From contig CAAGDD010000003.1 in the NCBI GenBank assembly GCA_900768545.1, positions 82,097 through 146,096 of the forward strand: a stretch of DNA of 64,000 nt, given 5' to 3'. This document shows positions 17,967 through 27,211 of the stretch, piece after piece (the first letter of the stretch is position 1; each line of letters opens with the position of its first letter). Under the pieces are notes generated by a model that worked only from the letters and a program-made list of their open reading frames with translations, was not told the origin of the DNA and searched no databases. Origin of the DNA: Clostridia bacterium (GTDB lineage: Bacteria > Bacillota > Clostridia > Christensenellales > UBA1242). The position numbers and the translations under genes are program-made.

Positions 17967-18776
17967 ATGCGTTCTTGTGAAGGAATAGGAAAAAACATTG
18001 AACAAGCAATTCAAAATGCTTTGTTGGAACTTAAAGTTCCAAGAGAAGATGTTGACATCAAAATTTTGAGTGAAGGTGGCTTTTTGAAAAAGGCAAAAGT
18101 TTTGGTTTCGATATCTGCTGATGCCGTTGAAAAATACGAAAAGAAAGAAGAAAACAAAAGAAGAATCGAAGACGATGCTGACGACGATTTTGTTGGCGAA
18201 TTTTTGAAGAAAAAACTTGAATCTTTGAAAGAAGAAGAAAAGATTGCTCCAAAAGAAACAAAGATTATTGTTGATGAAGAAATTTCAATTGTTGAGCCAG
18301 TTCAAGAAGAAGTCAAGATAGAAAAAAGAGAAAGAATGTCTGCCGAAGAGTTTTTGAAAGGTTTGCTCAAATCATTGAACGTTGAAGCAGAAATTGAAAG
18401 AAGCGAAGACGAAAGATATGTGACTTACAATCTCAAAGGTGACGACCTTAACGACCTTATTGGTCACCACGGCGAAGCAATGCTCGCTCTTACACAAATT
18501 ATGCCAATCATTTGCAAAAATGAAAACGGGAAGAGAGTTTTGCTTGACGTAGAAAATTATCGTCAAAAGAGAAAAGAATCTTTGATTGAACTCGCAAAGC
18601 GCACTGCGGATAAGGTTGCAAAAACAAGAAGATATTTTAAGTTTGAGCCTATGGACGCCAGCGAAAGAAAAATTATTCACACCACTCTTCAAGATGATGA
18701 CAGAGTAACAACTTTGAGCAAAGGTGAAGAACCAAACAGATATTTGATCGTGTTCCCAAAAGAATATGAAGACTAA
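17967..18776 (+). CDS. jag: RNA-binding protein Jag/KhpB (Jag_N, KH, R3H domains)
   Basis: N-terminus GIGKNIEQAIQNALLELKVPREDVDIKIL. C-terminal R3H: ASERKIIHTTLQDDDRVTTLSKGEEPNRYLIV. Confidence 0.85.
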   Translation: MRSCEGIGKNIEQAIQNALLELKVPREDVDIKILSEGGFLKKAKVLVSISADAVEKYEKKEENKRRIEDDADDDFVGEFLKKKLESLKEEEKIAPKETKIIVDEEISIVEPVQEEVKIEKRERMSAEEFLKGLLKSLNVEAEIERSEDERYVTYNLKGDDLNDLIGHHGEAMLALTQIMPIICKNENGKRVLLDVENYRQKRKESLIELAKRTADKVAKTRRYFKFEPMDASERKIIHTTLQDDDRVTTLSKGEEPNRYLIVFPKEYED

Positions 18777-18805
18777 AAAAATAAAGATGTCGATTTGACA
18801 TCTTT

Positions 18806-19456
18806 TTATTTTTCAAAATCTTTTTCGTCTGTTTTAAATGTCTTTGCATAAGGATTTGTAATTTTAAAAACTCCATAAAGCCCATAATTGTAACGATAAT
18901 GTTTTTCTGGTTTTGAATAACTGTCAACATATCGAGAATCGCCCATTTTGCTTGACCAACTCCCGTCTTTTTCTTCTTTCATGAGATGAATATCATCGGC
19001 TACAACACTAAAATATACGGCGATTTTCCACTGATTGTCTTGGTCGAGTTTTTCTTTCAGTGAACTATTTTCGATTTCTAGTCCTGCGGCTTTGACAAAA
19101 TTTATAAGCTCTCTCATGTCATTTTCGGCATTTTTAAATTTTATATTTTTGAAATCGAAAAAACTGCAACGATCTCTCCAACCGAATCTATATTCTTTCA
19201 AAAGTTCTTCGGTCAAATTGAAACATGAATGTCCAAAACAATTGACCAAACAGCCACTGTCCCAACCCTTGACTTTGGTGTTATATTCCTGATATCCGCG
19301 ACTTGGACAATATCCGTCACGAAAAATCAAATTCAGTTTCAAAACGGTCGAAGTTTTGCCGGGCGTTAAAGTTCTTGCTTGCTTCAAAAATCTTTTGAGT
19401 TCGCTAGGCGACTTTGTTTTTTCAAGGAAAAGTTTTTGATATTTTGTTCTTATCAT
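18806..19456 (-). CDS. hypothetical Cys/His-rich protein (216 aa)
   Basis: Intact ORF on the opposite strand between jag and mnmE. WDSGCLVNCFGHSCF and DDIHLMKEEKDGSWSSKMG suggest, weakly, a papain-fold hydrolase. Confidence 0.45.
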   Translation of the reverse strand: MIRTKYQKLFLEKTKSPSELKRFLKQARTLTPGKTSTVLKLNLIFRDGYCPSRGYQEYNTKVKGWDSGCLVNCFGHSCFNLTEELLKEYRFGWRDRCSFFDFKNIKFKNAENDMRELINFVKAAGLEIENSSLKEKLDQDNQWKIAVYFSVVADDIHLMKEEKDGSWSSKMGDSRYVDSYSKPEKHYRYNYGLYGVFKITNPYAKTFKTDEKDFEK

Positions 19457-19536
19457 ATTTTAATTATATTTCAAAAAAAGTTTGTTGTCAATATCAAAAT
19501 CTTGATTTTTATATAACATAATGATATAATATTTTT

Positions 19537-20874
19537 ATGGAAAAGACAATAGCGACAATTTCAACACCTTTGGCAAAAGGTGCAATAGCAATCGTAAGAA
19601 TGAGTGGAGCAACAGCAAAAGATGTTGCTCTAAATATTTTTTGCGCAAACAATTTGACAAGTGAAAATATCAAATCAAGATATATGTATTTTGGAAAACT
19701 TAAACTCGACGAAAACACTTTTGAAGAATGTTTGATGGTTTATTTCAAAGCGCCATTTTCTTACACTGGCGAAGATTTGATTGAATTTCAGGTGCATGGC
19801 GGAGTTTTGCTTTCTCAAAAAGTTTTGGACGTTTGCCTTAAAAATGGAGCGACTTTGGCAGAGCCCGGCGAGTTTTCAAAACGGGCATTTTTAAATGGAA
19901 AAATCACTCTCGACAAGGCGGAAGCAATCGTTGGCGAAATTGATGCAGAAAGCGAAGCGGAACTTAAAAACAGCCTTCAAATCACAAATGGAAAGCTTGC
20001 AAAACAGATTTTTGACGAACAAGAAAAGCTCAAATATATGCTTGCTGAACTTGAAGTTGGAATGGATTATCCAGACGAGGTTGAAGAGTTGAATTTGAAG
20101 CTTGATATCAAAAACAGATTGAAAGAAATTTTGGACGAAAATGAAATTTTGCTCAAAAACTCTCAAAATGCAACCTATTTAAAAAATGGAATTAATGTCG
20201 CCCTTGTTGGAAAAACGAATGTTGGAAAAAGCAGCGTTATGAACGCACTTTTGGGGCAAGATCGCGCGATAGTGACAGATATTCGAGGCACAACCCGTGA
20301 CAGCATAACCGAAAGTTTTTTATACAACGGCATAAAAATCAATCTTGTTGACACTGCTGGGATTCGAAAAACAAACGACATTGTTGAAAGCATTGGAATT
20401 GAGAAAAGTTATGAAAGCATAAACAAAGCAGATCTTATTTTGTTTGTTTTGGACGGCAGTGAACTTTTTGATGATGAAGACAAACAAATTTTTGACGCCG
20501 TGAAAGACAAAAAATATTTGGTTGTTGTAAACAAAGCGGACAAACAAAGAAAAACCGATAAGTTTGAAAACGAGATTGAAATTTCCGCTTTGAAAAATCA
20601 AAATATCGAAAGTTTGAAGCAAAAGATCTTTGATATGATTTTGTCGGAGCAATTTGATATAAACTCTCTTACAATCACAAATCAACGCCAAACAACAATC
20701 TTGAAAGATGCAAAGCGTCAAATCAAAGAGATTTTAAACAGCGAAAATATTTCGCTTGATGTTTTGACGATGCTTATTAAAAATGTTTGGAATACACTTG
20801 GAAAAATCACAGGCAACACAGAAAATGAAGACATTATCGATCTTATTTTCTCGAAGTTTTGTCTGGGCAAATAA
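19537..20874 (+). CDS. mnmE: tRNA modification GTPase MnmE
   Basis: G domain GKTNVGKSSVMNAL, DTAGIR, NKAD; C-terminal FCLGK motif. Confidence 0.95.
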   Translation: MEKTIATISTPLAKGAIAIVRMSGATAKDVALNIFCANNLTSENIKSRYMYFGKLKLDENTFEECLMVYFKAPFSYTGEDLIEFQVHGGVLLSQKVLDVCLKNGATLAEPGEFSKRAFLNGKITLDKAEAIVGEIDAESEAELKNSLQITNGKLAKQIFDEQEKLKYMLAELEVGMDYPDEVEELNLKLDIKNRLKEILDENEILLKNSQNATYLKNGINVALVGKTNVGKSSVMNALLGQDRAIVTDIRGTTRDSITESFLYNGIKINLVDTAGIRKTNDIVESIGIEKSYESINKADLILFVLDGSELFDDEDKQIFDAVKDKKYLVVVNKADKQRKTDKFENEIEISALKNQNIESLKQKIFDMILSEQFDINSLTITNQRQTTILKDAKRQIKEILNSENISLDVLTMLIKNVWNTLGKITGNTENEDIIDLIFSKFCLGK

Positions 20875-20882
20875 GGATAAAT

Positions 20883-22769
20883 ATGATAGAAGAATATGAT
20901 TCAATAGTAATTGGTGCTGGCCATGCTGGCTGTGAAGCGGCTCTTGCTTTGGCGCGCACTGGAAATAAAACATTGTTGCTGACAATAAGCCTTGATGCTA
21001 TCGCCTTTCTTGCTTGCAACCCTTCAATCGGTGGCACTGCAAAAGGACAACTTGTTGGCGAAATCGATGCCCTTGGTGGCGAAATGGGAATTATTGCCGA
21101 TAAGACCGCCCTTCAAATTCGAATGTTAAATCGCGGAAAAGGCCCCGCAGTTCAAAGTTTGAGAGCACAAGCGGATAAAAACGCTTATCACAGCGAAATG
21201 AAAAAGGTTTTGGAACAAGAAAAAAATCTCACAATAAGACAAGCCGAAGTTTCGAAAGTAGAAATTTTGCCAGATGGACAAAAGCTTGTTACAACAAGTT
21301 TAAACTTGAAATATCAAGCCAAAAGCGTTGTGTTTGCGACAGGGGTTTATCTTAAAAGCGAAATCATCATCGGCAGCCACAGAGAAAAAGTAGGTCCAAA
21401 CGGCTTTAAAAACAGCAGCACGCTTTCTGATAGTTTGAAAGATCTAGGAATAAAACTTCTTCGTTTTAAAACCGGAACACCTGTTCGACTTCACGCTCGC
21501 AGCATTGATTATTCGCAAATGGAAGTCCAAAAAGGTGACGACGATATCCCTTCGTTCTCGCTCATGACTGAAGGGAAGGTTGAAAACAAATGCGACTGTT
21601 ATTTGACTTATACTACAAGCGAAACTCACAAAATTATTCGTGACAATCTTGACAAAGCGCCTGCAATTTCTGGGGAAATCAAGGGGATTGGCCCAAGATA
21701 TTGCCCTTCGATCGAAACGAAAGTTGTGCGTTTTGCCGACAAAGAAAGACATCAACTTTTCTTGGAGCCTGAAGCGTTTGACACCAAGGAACTTTATCTT
21801 CAAGGTTTTAGCACTTCGATGCCGGCCGATATTCAAGAAGAAATGGTTAAGTCTGTTATTGGCTTGAAAAATGCTGAGATTATGCGTGACGCCTATGCGA
21901 TAGAGTATGACTGCATTGAGCCAACTCAATTAAATCCAACGCTCGAACTTAAAACGATCAAAGGTCTGTTCTTTGCGGGACAAATCAATGGAACAAGTGG
22001 ATATGAAGAAGCCGGCGCGCAAGGGATTGTTGCTGGAATTAACGCAAGTTTGTATAATCAAGGAAAAAAACAACTTGTTTTGAAACGCAGTGACGGATAT
22101 ATCGGTGTTTTGATTGATGATATTGTCACAAAAGGCACAAATGAGCCTTACAGAATGATGACGAGCCGTGCCGAATATCGACTTTTGCTTCGCCAAGACA
22201 ATGCGGATATGCGTTTGACTGAAATTGGTCGAAGAGTTGGGCTTGTTGACGATGCTCGTTATGCAAAATTTTTGGCTAAAAAAGAAAAACTTGCTGCACT
22301 TGAAGAAAAACTTGATCAAAAAGTTAAAGTTGATGAAAATATGAAAAAACTTTTTGAAGAAAATGGCGAAAATTTGCCAAAAGAAAGTATGAAGCTTCGT
22401 GATATTTTGAAACGAAACAATATTGACATTTTTAAACTTAATAATGTTTATCATATTTATGAAAACGAAGATCGTTTGATGCTTGAAATCATAAACACCA
22501 AAATTAAATATGAAGGATATCTTAAACAACAGCAAGAAGATGTTGAAAAAATGCTCTCTAACGAATCTGTGTTGATTCCTGCTGAATTTGATTATTTTTC
22601 AATCGGAGGAATTCGTCAAGAAGCAAAAGAAAAACTATCAAGAATCAGGCCATTGAATTTGGGGCAAGCGTCAAGAATATCGGGCGTGTCGCCTGCCGAT
22701 GTTTCAGTTTTATCAATTTGTGTTAAAAAATTTGTGAAAGAACATCAAAATAACGACAAAAACTCATAA
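20883..22769 (+). CDS. mnmG: tRNA uridine 5-carboxymethylaminomethyl modification enzyme MnmG
   Basis: Start moved to ATG 20883. YDSIVIGAGHAGCEAA FAD motif; conserved GidA core throughout. Confidence 0.95.
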   Translation: MIEEYDSIVIGAGHAGCEAALALARTGNKTLLLTISLDAIAFLACNPSIGGTAKGQLVGEIDALGGEMGIIADKTALQIRMLNRGKGPAVQSLRAQADKNAYHSEMKKVLEQEKNLTIRQAEVSKVEILPDGQKLVTTSLNLKYQAKSVVFATGVYLKSEIIIGSHREKVGPNGFKNSSTLSDSLKDLGIKLLRFKTGTPVRLHARSIDYSQMEVQKGDDDIPSFSLMTEGKVENKCDCYLTYTTSETHKIIRDNLDKAPAISGEIKGIGPRYCPSIETKVVRFADKERHQLFLEPEAFDTKELYLQGFSTSMPADIQEEMVKSVIGLKNAEIMRDAYAIEYDCIEPTQLNPTLELKTIKGLFFAGQINGTSGYEEAGAQGIVAGINASLYNQGKKQLVLKRSDGYIGVLIDDIVTKGTNEPYRMMTSRAEYRLLLRQDNADMRLTEIGRRVGLVDDARYAKFLAKKEKLAALEEKLDQKVKVDENMKKLFEENGENLPKESMKLRDILKRNNIDIFKLNNVYHIYENEDRLMLEIINTKIKYEGYLKQQQEDVEKMLSNESVLIPAEFDYFSIGGIRQEAKEKLSRIRPLNLGQASRISGVSPADVSVLSICVKKFVKEHQNNDKNS

Positions 22770-22811
22770 AATTGACAATTTTTTGCAAAAAATATAAAAA
22801 GGAAAGCAAAT

Positions 22812-23513
22812 ATGAAAAATTTGAAAGAAATTTTTGCTAAATACAACTTAAATTTAAGCGATAAGCAATGTGACGAATTTGAGTATTTTTACAAAAATCA
22901 ACTGCTTGAAGAAAATAAAATTCAAAATTTGACCACCGTAACAGAAGAACAAGATGTGATAGTGAAACACTTTTTGGACAGTGTTTTGCCAGCAGAATAT
23001 TTTGAAAATACTGCAAAGGTGGTAGATGTTGGCTCTGGAGCAGGTTTTCCTGCGATTCCGCTCAAAATTTATCGCCCGGATCTTGATATAACAATGGTTG
23101 ACAGTCTTCAAAAGCGCGTAAATTTCTTAAACAGATGTGTTGATGAGCAAAAATGGCAAAACATTCATGCAGAGCATGCGCGTGTTGAAGATTTTGCAAA
23201 ACAAAATCGAGAAAAATTTGATATTGCGACCGCTCGTGCTGTCGCTTCGCTTAATACTTTGGTTGAATATTTGTTGCCACTTATTAAAATTGGTGGAAAA
23301 GCAATTATATATAAGTCTACAAAACTTGATGAAGAACTTGTTGAAGCAAAAAATGCGATAAAAATTCTTGGCGGCGAAGTTGAACTTGTTAAAGATTATC
23401 ATATTGATGAAGCAGATTGCGAGCGAAAAGTTTTGGTTATTAAGAAGATTTCACATACTCCACCAAAATATCCACGCGACAAAAACAAAGCAAGACTTGT
23501 CCCATTAAAATAA
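22812..23513 (+). CDS. rsmG: 16S rRNA (guanine527-N7)-methyltransferase RsmG
   Basis: VVDVGSGAGFPAIPLKI SAM motif; position after mnmG. Confidence 0.9.
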   Translation: MKNLKEIFAKYNLNLSDKQCDEFEYFYKNQLLEENKIQNLTTVTEEQDVIVKHFLDSVLPAEYFENTAKVVDVGSGAGFPAIPLKIYRPDLDITMVDSLQKRVNFLNRCVDEQKWQNIHAEHARVEDFAKQNREKFDIATARAVASLNTLVEYLLPLIKIGGKAIIYKSTKLDEELVEAKNAIKILGGEVELVKDYHIDEADCERKVLVIKKISHTPPKYPRDKNKARLVPLK

Positions 23514-23521
23514 AATTTATT

Positions 23522-23577
23522 AAAAATTATCAAAAAATCACAAAAAATAGAGAAATTTTATCAAAAAAACTTAAAAA
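23522..23577. other. array of helically phased A-tracts upstream of the parA promoter
   Basis: A5-7 tracts start at 23522, 23532, 23542, 23553, 23563 and 23573 (spacing 10, 10, 11, 10, 10 nt). T-tracts follow, then TGTATAAT at 23613-23620. Confidence 0.6.
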
Positions 23578-23638
23578 TTTTGTTATTTTTCTTTATTTTT
23601 TTTATTTTTTTATGTATAATTTGTATAAAGGAAGAACT

Positions 23639-24460
23639 ATGGGAAAAATTATTGCTTTTGCAAATCAAAAAGGTGGGGTTGGAAAAACAACAACCTGTAT
23701 CAATGTTGCTACTTATATGGCGCTTATGGGAAAAAGAGTTTTAATTTTGGATATTGATCCACAAGGAAACGCGACCAGTGCTGTTGGCATCACAAAAACC
23801 AAAGATCTTAAGACTATTTATGACCTTATTGACGGTCAAAGTTCCTATGATGAAGTTATACAGCCTACTATTGTTGAAAATTTGTACATAATTCCTTCGA
23901 CAGTTGATTTGGCTGGGGCTGAAGTTGAGCTTATTCAAATTCCGCAAAGAGAAAAAGTTATCAAAAGAATCCTTGATGAGATTAAAGAAAGTTATGATTT
24001 CATACTTATCGATTGTCCACCATCACTTGGATTGATCACTGTAAACGCTTTAACGGCGTCTGACAGCGTTTTGATACCTATGCAATGTGAATTTTTCTCA
24101 ATGGAAGGCATTACTCAACTTATGAACACGATTCGATTGATTAAATATCATTTGAATCCAGACCTTGAAATTGAAGGCGTTGTTATGACAATGAAAGACA
24201 AGCGTTCAAACTTCACAAATCAAGTTAGCAACGAAATTATCAAATTCTTCAACAAGAGCGTTTATTTGACAACCATTCCAAGAAACATTCGTTTGGCGGA
24301 AGCGCCAAGTCATGGCTTGCCAGTTGCGTTATATGATGCAAATTCGAAAGGTGCTGAAGCTTATTTGAGTTTAGCTGAAGAAATTTTGAAAAGAAATAAA
24401 ATGCCTTATACAAAAATTTCGAAACTTCGTAAAATAAATTATAAAGGAGATAAGTTATGA
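23639..24460 (+). CDS. parA: chromosome partitioning ATPase ParA/Soj
   Basis: Start moved to ATG 23639 (AAAGGAAG upstream). Deviant Walker A: NQKGGVGKTT. Confidence 0.9.
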   Translation: MGKIIAFANQKGGVGKTTTCINVATYMALMGKRVLILDIDPQGNATSAVGITKTKDLKTIYDLIDGQSSYDEVIQPTIVENLYIIPSTVDLAGAEVELIQIPQREKVIKRILDEIKESYDFILIDCPPSLGLITVNALTASDSVLIPMQCEFFSMEGITQLMNTIRLIKYHLNPDLEIEGVVMTMKDKRSNFTNQVSNEIIKFFNKSVYLTTIPRNIRLAEAPSHGLPVALYDANSKGAEAYLSLAEEILKRNKMPYTKISKLRKINYKGDKL

Positions 24461-25392
24461 TCAACAAAGGGTTAGGAAGAGGACTTGATGCGTTATTTGG
24501 CACGTATGAAGGTGATGTAAGTTATAATAAAATAACTAAACCAGCAGAAACTAATACAGGCGTTTTGGAAGTAGATATTAACAAAATTAAACCAAATCCA
24601 AACCAACCAAGAAAAAATTTTGATGAAGATGCATTAAAGGACTTGGCTGCATCTATTAAAGTTCATGGCATTGTTCAACCAATCGTTTTAAATAAAAATG
24701 CTGACGGAACATATATGATTATCGCCGGTGAAAGACGTTGGAGAGCTGCGAATTTGTGTGGTCTTAAAACTGTTCCAGCCATCATCAAGGATTATACAGA
24801 AAAGCAAATTAAAGAAATTAGTATTATTGAAAACTTGCAAAGAGAAGATCTTAATCCTGTTGAAGCGGCAAAAGCGATTAAAGAACTTATGGACGAATAT
24901 GGACTTACACAAGAAGCTGTGTCAGAACGTATTGGAAAAAGTAGATCGAATGTAGCAAACACATTAAGATTGCTCACACTCTACCCAGCAGTGCTTGATA
25001 TGATCGAAAAGGGCAAAATTTCAGCCGGACATGCTAGATGTTTGGTTGTTGTAGAAGATGCAAACGAACAATTAAAACTCGCAAATGCAATTGTAAGCAA
25101 AAACTTAAGTGTTCGCGACCTTGAAAAGGCTATTAAAGCATATACAAATCCTGCGAAGAAGGTTGTTGTAAGAGAAGAACAATCTTTGGAACTTAAAGAA
25201 CTTATTAATCAAATGCAAAAAACATTTGCAACAAAAGTTTCTGCAATTGGTAATGATAACAAAGGGCGCATCTATATTGATTACTACACTCGTGACGATT
25301 TGGATAGAATTTCAGAACTTTTAGATTTACTCAATAAAAAAGAAATGACATTAAAAGATTTGCAAAATTACAACAGACGTAATCATAAATAA
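24457..25392 (+). CDS. parB: chromosome partitioning protein ParB/Spo0J
   Basis: ATGA overlap with parA. GERRWRAA, IENLQREDLNPVE and an HTH region. Confidence 0.9.
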   Translation: MINKGLGRGLDALFGTYEGDVSYNKITKPAETNTGVLEVDINKIKPNPNQPRKNFDEDALKDLAASIKVHGIVQPIVLNKNADGTYMIIAGERRWRAANLCGLKTVPAIIKDYTEKQIKEISIIENLQREDLNPVEAAKAIKELMDEYGLTQEAVSERIGKSRSNVANTLRLLTLYPAVLDMIEKGKISAGHARCLVVVEDANEQLKLANAIVSKNLSVRDLEKAIKAYTNPAKKVVVREEQSLELKELINQMQKTFATKVSAIGNDNKGRIYIDYYTRDDLDRISELLDLLNKKEMTLKDLQNYNRRNHK

Positions 25393-25524
25393 TGTTTTGT
25401 TTTTGTTGTTTCGTTGTATAATCTAGCATACTTTGTGTAAGTGTAGTTAATTCAATTTAAAAACAAACTCATTGTTTAGTAATATAGTTTATCGTTTAAA
25501 ATAACAAATATTTATGTAAAAAAA

Positions 25525-25540
25525 TGTTTCACGTGAAACA
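25525..25540. promoter_or_regulatory. parS site 1 (perfect palindrome TGTTTCACGTGAAACA)
   Basis: Exact match to the chromosomal parS consensus tGTTNCACGTGAAACa. Confidence 0.85.
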
Positions 25541-25863
25541 TTTTTTTATTTTTATACAACAATATGGTTAAAATAATAATATTTTTGTGTCAGCGCAAAC
25601 AAAATTTGTTATTACAATAGAAAAATATAGAAAAATTAATCATACAACAGACTTTTAAGCATGTTTATGGTCTGTTATGATTAATATAATATTCGACGTG
25701 TAATTTTGATATATAAATTTGCATAAATTAAATAAAATAGCATAATCTCTACTGTTTTATGTGTTTATTGTGAAACACGACTTGCAATTGGTGTGATAAT
25801 TAATATACTATGATAAACTTTTACTTTTTGTTGTGTTCAGCCGGCTTTAAAGTTACAACTAAA

Positions 25864-25879
25864 TGTTTCACGTGAAACA
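25864..25879. promoter_or_regulatory. parS site 2 (TGTTTCACGTGAAACA)
   Basis: Identical 16-mer; the flanks AAA..TTT extend the palindrome. Confidence 0.85.
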
Positions 25880-26068
25880 TTTTATGCAAACTCTTTAAAT
25901 GTTGATCTAAATTCATGTCTTTAATATAAAATATATCGTAACTGTAGATAATAACATATAACAATAGATTGTTATACAAAAAACGGCTGTCGTCATATAA
26001 AAGTAATGTTTCAAATACATGTCTAAAGCACGTTAAATATTTATGGCTATTGTTGTAAAAAAAACAAA

Positions 26069-26084
26069 ATGTTTCACGTGAAAC
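26069..26084. promoter_or_regulatory. parS site 3 (TGTTTCACGTGAAACA)
   Basis: Identical 16-mer. Confidence 0.85.
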
Positions 26085-26177
26085 ATTTTAAATATAATAT
26101 TCTTAAGATAGTGCTTGAAACAATAAAATTTGCTGTAGCGCGTATCAAAAATAGCTAAATTATTGTTCAAAATTAGT

Positions 26178-26207
26178 TTGACAAGACTTTGTAAAATAAT
26201 GTATAAT
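26178..26207 (+). promoter_or_regulatory. sigma-A type promoter of rubrerythrin
   Basis: TTGACA (26178-26183), 18-nt spacer, TATAAT (26202-26207). Confidence 0.6.
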
Positions 26208-26229
26208 AGTAGAGTAATGGAGGTTACAG

Positions 26230-26772
26230 ATGAATAAATTAGAAGGAACAAAAACAGAACAAAATTTAAAAACTGCGTTTGCGGGCGAAAGTCAAGCTAG
26301 AAATAAATACACATATTACGCTTCAAAAGCTAAAAAGGACGGGTTTGAACAAATCGCTGCAGTATTTACTGAAACCGCAGACAATGAAAAAGAACATGCA
26401 AAAATGTGGTTTAAAGAACTTCATAATGGAGAAGTTCCTGACACTTTGACAAATTTGCTTGATGCAGCAGCTGGTGAAAATGCAGAATGGACTGACATGT
26501 ATAAAAAGATGGCTGAAGAAGCTCGAGAAGAGGGCTTCAGTGATCTTGCTTACAAATTTGAAGCAGTTGCTCAAATTGAAAAAAGACACGAAGAAAGATA
26601 TAGAAGATTGGCAGACATTTTGAAAAACAAAACTGTATTCCAAAAATCTGAAAAGAAAGCATGGATATGCCGCAATTGTGGCCACGTGTATATTGGAGAA
26701 AAAGCACCTGAAGTATGCCCTGTTTGCAAGCACCCACAATCATATTTTGAAATTTTAAACGAAGAATTTTAA
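26230..26772 (+). CDS. rbr: rubrerythrin
   Basis: Diiron four-helix motifs ([21 protein letters not shown]) plus C-terminal rubredoxin-like CRNCG...CPVC. Confidence 0.9.
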   Translation: MNKLEGTKTEQNLKTAFAGESQARNKYTYYASKAKKDGFEQIAAVFTETADNEKEHAKMWFKELHNGEVPDTLTNLLDAAAGENAEWTDMYKKMAEEAREEGFSDLAYKFEAVAQIEKRHEERYRRLADILKNKTVFQKSEKKAWICRNCGHVYIGEKAPEVCPVCKHPQSYFEILNEEF

Positions 26773-26924
26773 TTTTGTATAGTTATTATATTATAACATA
26801 ATATATTTATTATAATAACAAAATCGATTTGACAAAAATTTAATTTTTAACATTAAAAATATTGACAAGTGAACGCAAAATGTGTTATGATAAGAGCACA
26901 AGGAATGTATTACTTGCAATATTT

Positions 26925-27014
26925 GGAGAGTTACTCAAGAGGTCGAAGAGGCTCCCCTGCTAAGGGAGTAGGGTTGTAACAGGCCGCGAGAGTTCGAATC
27001 TCTCACTCTCCGCC
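26925..27014 (+). tRNA. tRNA-Ser (anticodon GCU), CCA encoded
   Basis: Acceptor GGAGAGT/ACTCTCC, anticodon stem CTCCC/GGGAG with loop CTGCTAA, long variable arm, T arm GAGAG-TTCGAAT-CTCTC. Confidence 0.9.
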
Positions 27015-27021
27015 ACAAAAG

Positions 27022-27067
27022 AACTGTACGCACCCTCGTGAAAATGAGAAAGGCGTGCAGTTTTTTT
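27022..27067 (+). terminator. terminator after tRNA-Ser(GCU); duplicated in inverted orientation at 12552-12617
   Basis: ACTGTACGC...GCGTGCAGT stem followed by T7. Confidence 0.7.
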
Positions 27068-27211
27068 ATTTTACACGACACCTTGGCATTCCAACACCTT
27101 TCACATATAAAATCACAAATTAAAAACACTTTACATATTAATGGTATCTATATTAAACGCTGACCTTCCATTCAAAATTTAACCATTAATGTTTATATAT
27201 TTAAAAAAAGG

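Noticed and set aside
21930-22535. Long antisense ORFs inside conserved genes: 201 aa in mnmG; also 6597-7253 in the T4CP gene, 38452-39111 in pflB, 45744-46346 in dnaA, 51566-52051 and 53464-53880.
   Set aside because: They lie opposite genes with strong family signatures. They have low-complexity, Phe/Lys/Cys-rich translations and no RBS. They are shadow ORFs created by the codon bias of the sense gene.
24457-24460. Possibility of an alternative genetic code (TGA read as Trp, as in Mollicutes-like low-GC lineages).
   Set aside because: parA terminates at TGA in the ATGA overlap with parB. Conserved genes (mnmE, mnmG, pflB, dnaA, glyQS) are full length with standard stops and no in-frame TGA is needed.
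25525-26084. The three AAATGTTTCACGTGAAACATTT palindromes first looked like weak bidirectional terminators or an unknown transcription-factor operator.
   Set aside because: The 16-nt core is an exact match to the chromosomal parS consensus and lies directly after parB. The stems are A/T-rich with a 4-nt loop, which makes poor terminators. Reclassified as parS.
26935-27129. A 64-aa ORF antisense to tRNA-Ser(GCU), and a 70-aa ORF (15116-15328) across tRNA-Ser(UGA).
   Set aside because: They directly overlap well-formed tRNA cloverleaves and terminators, so they are not coding.
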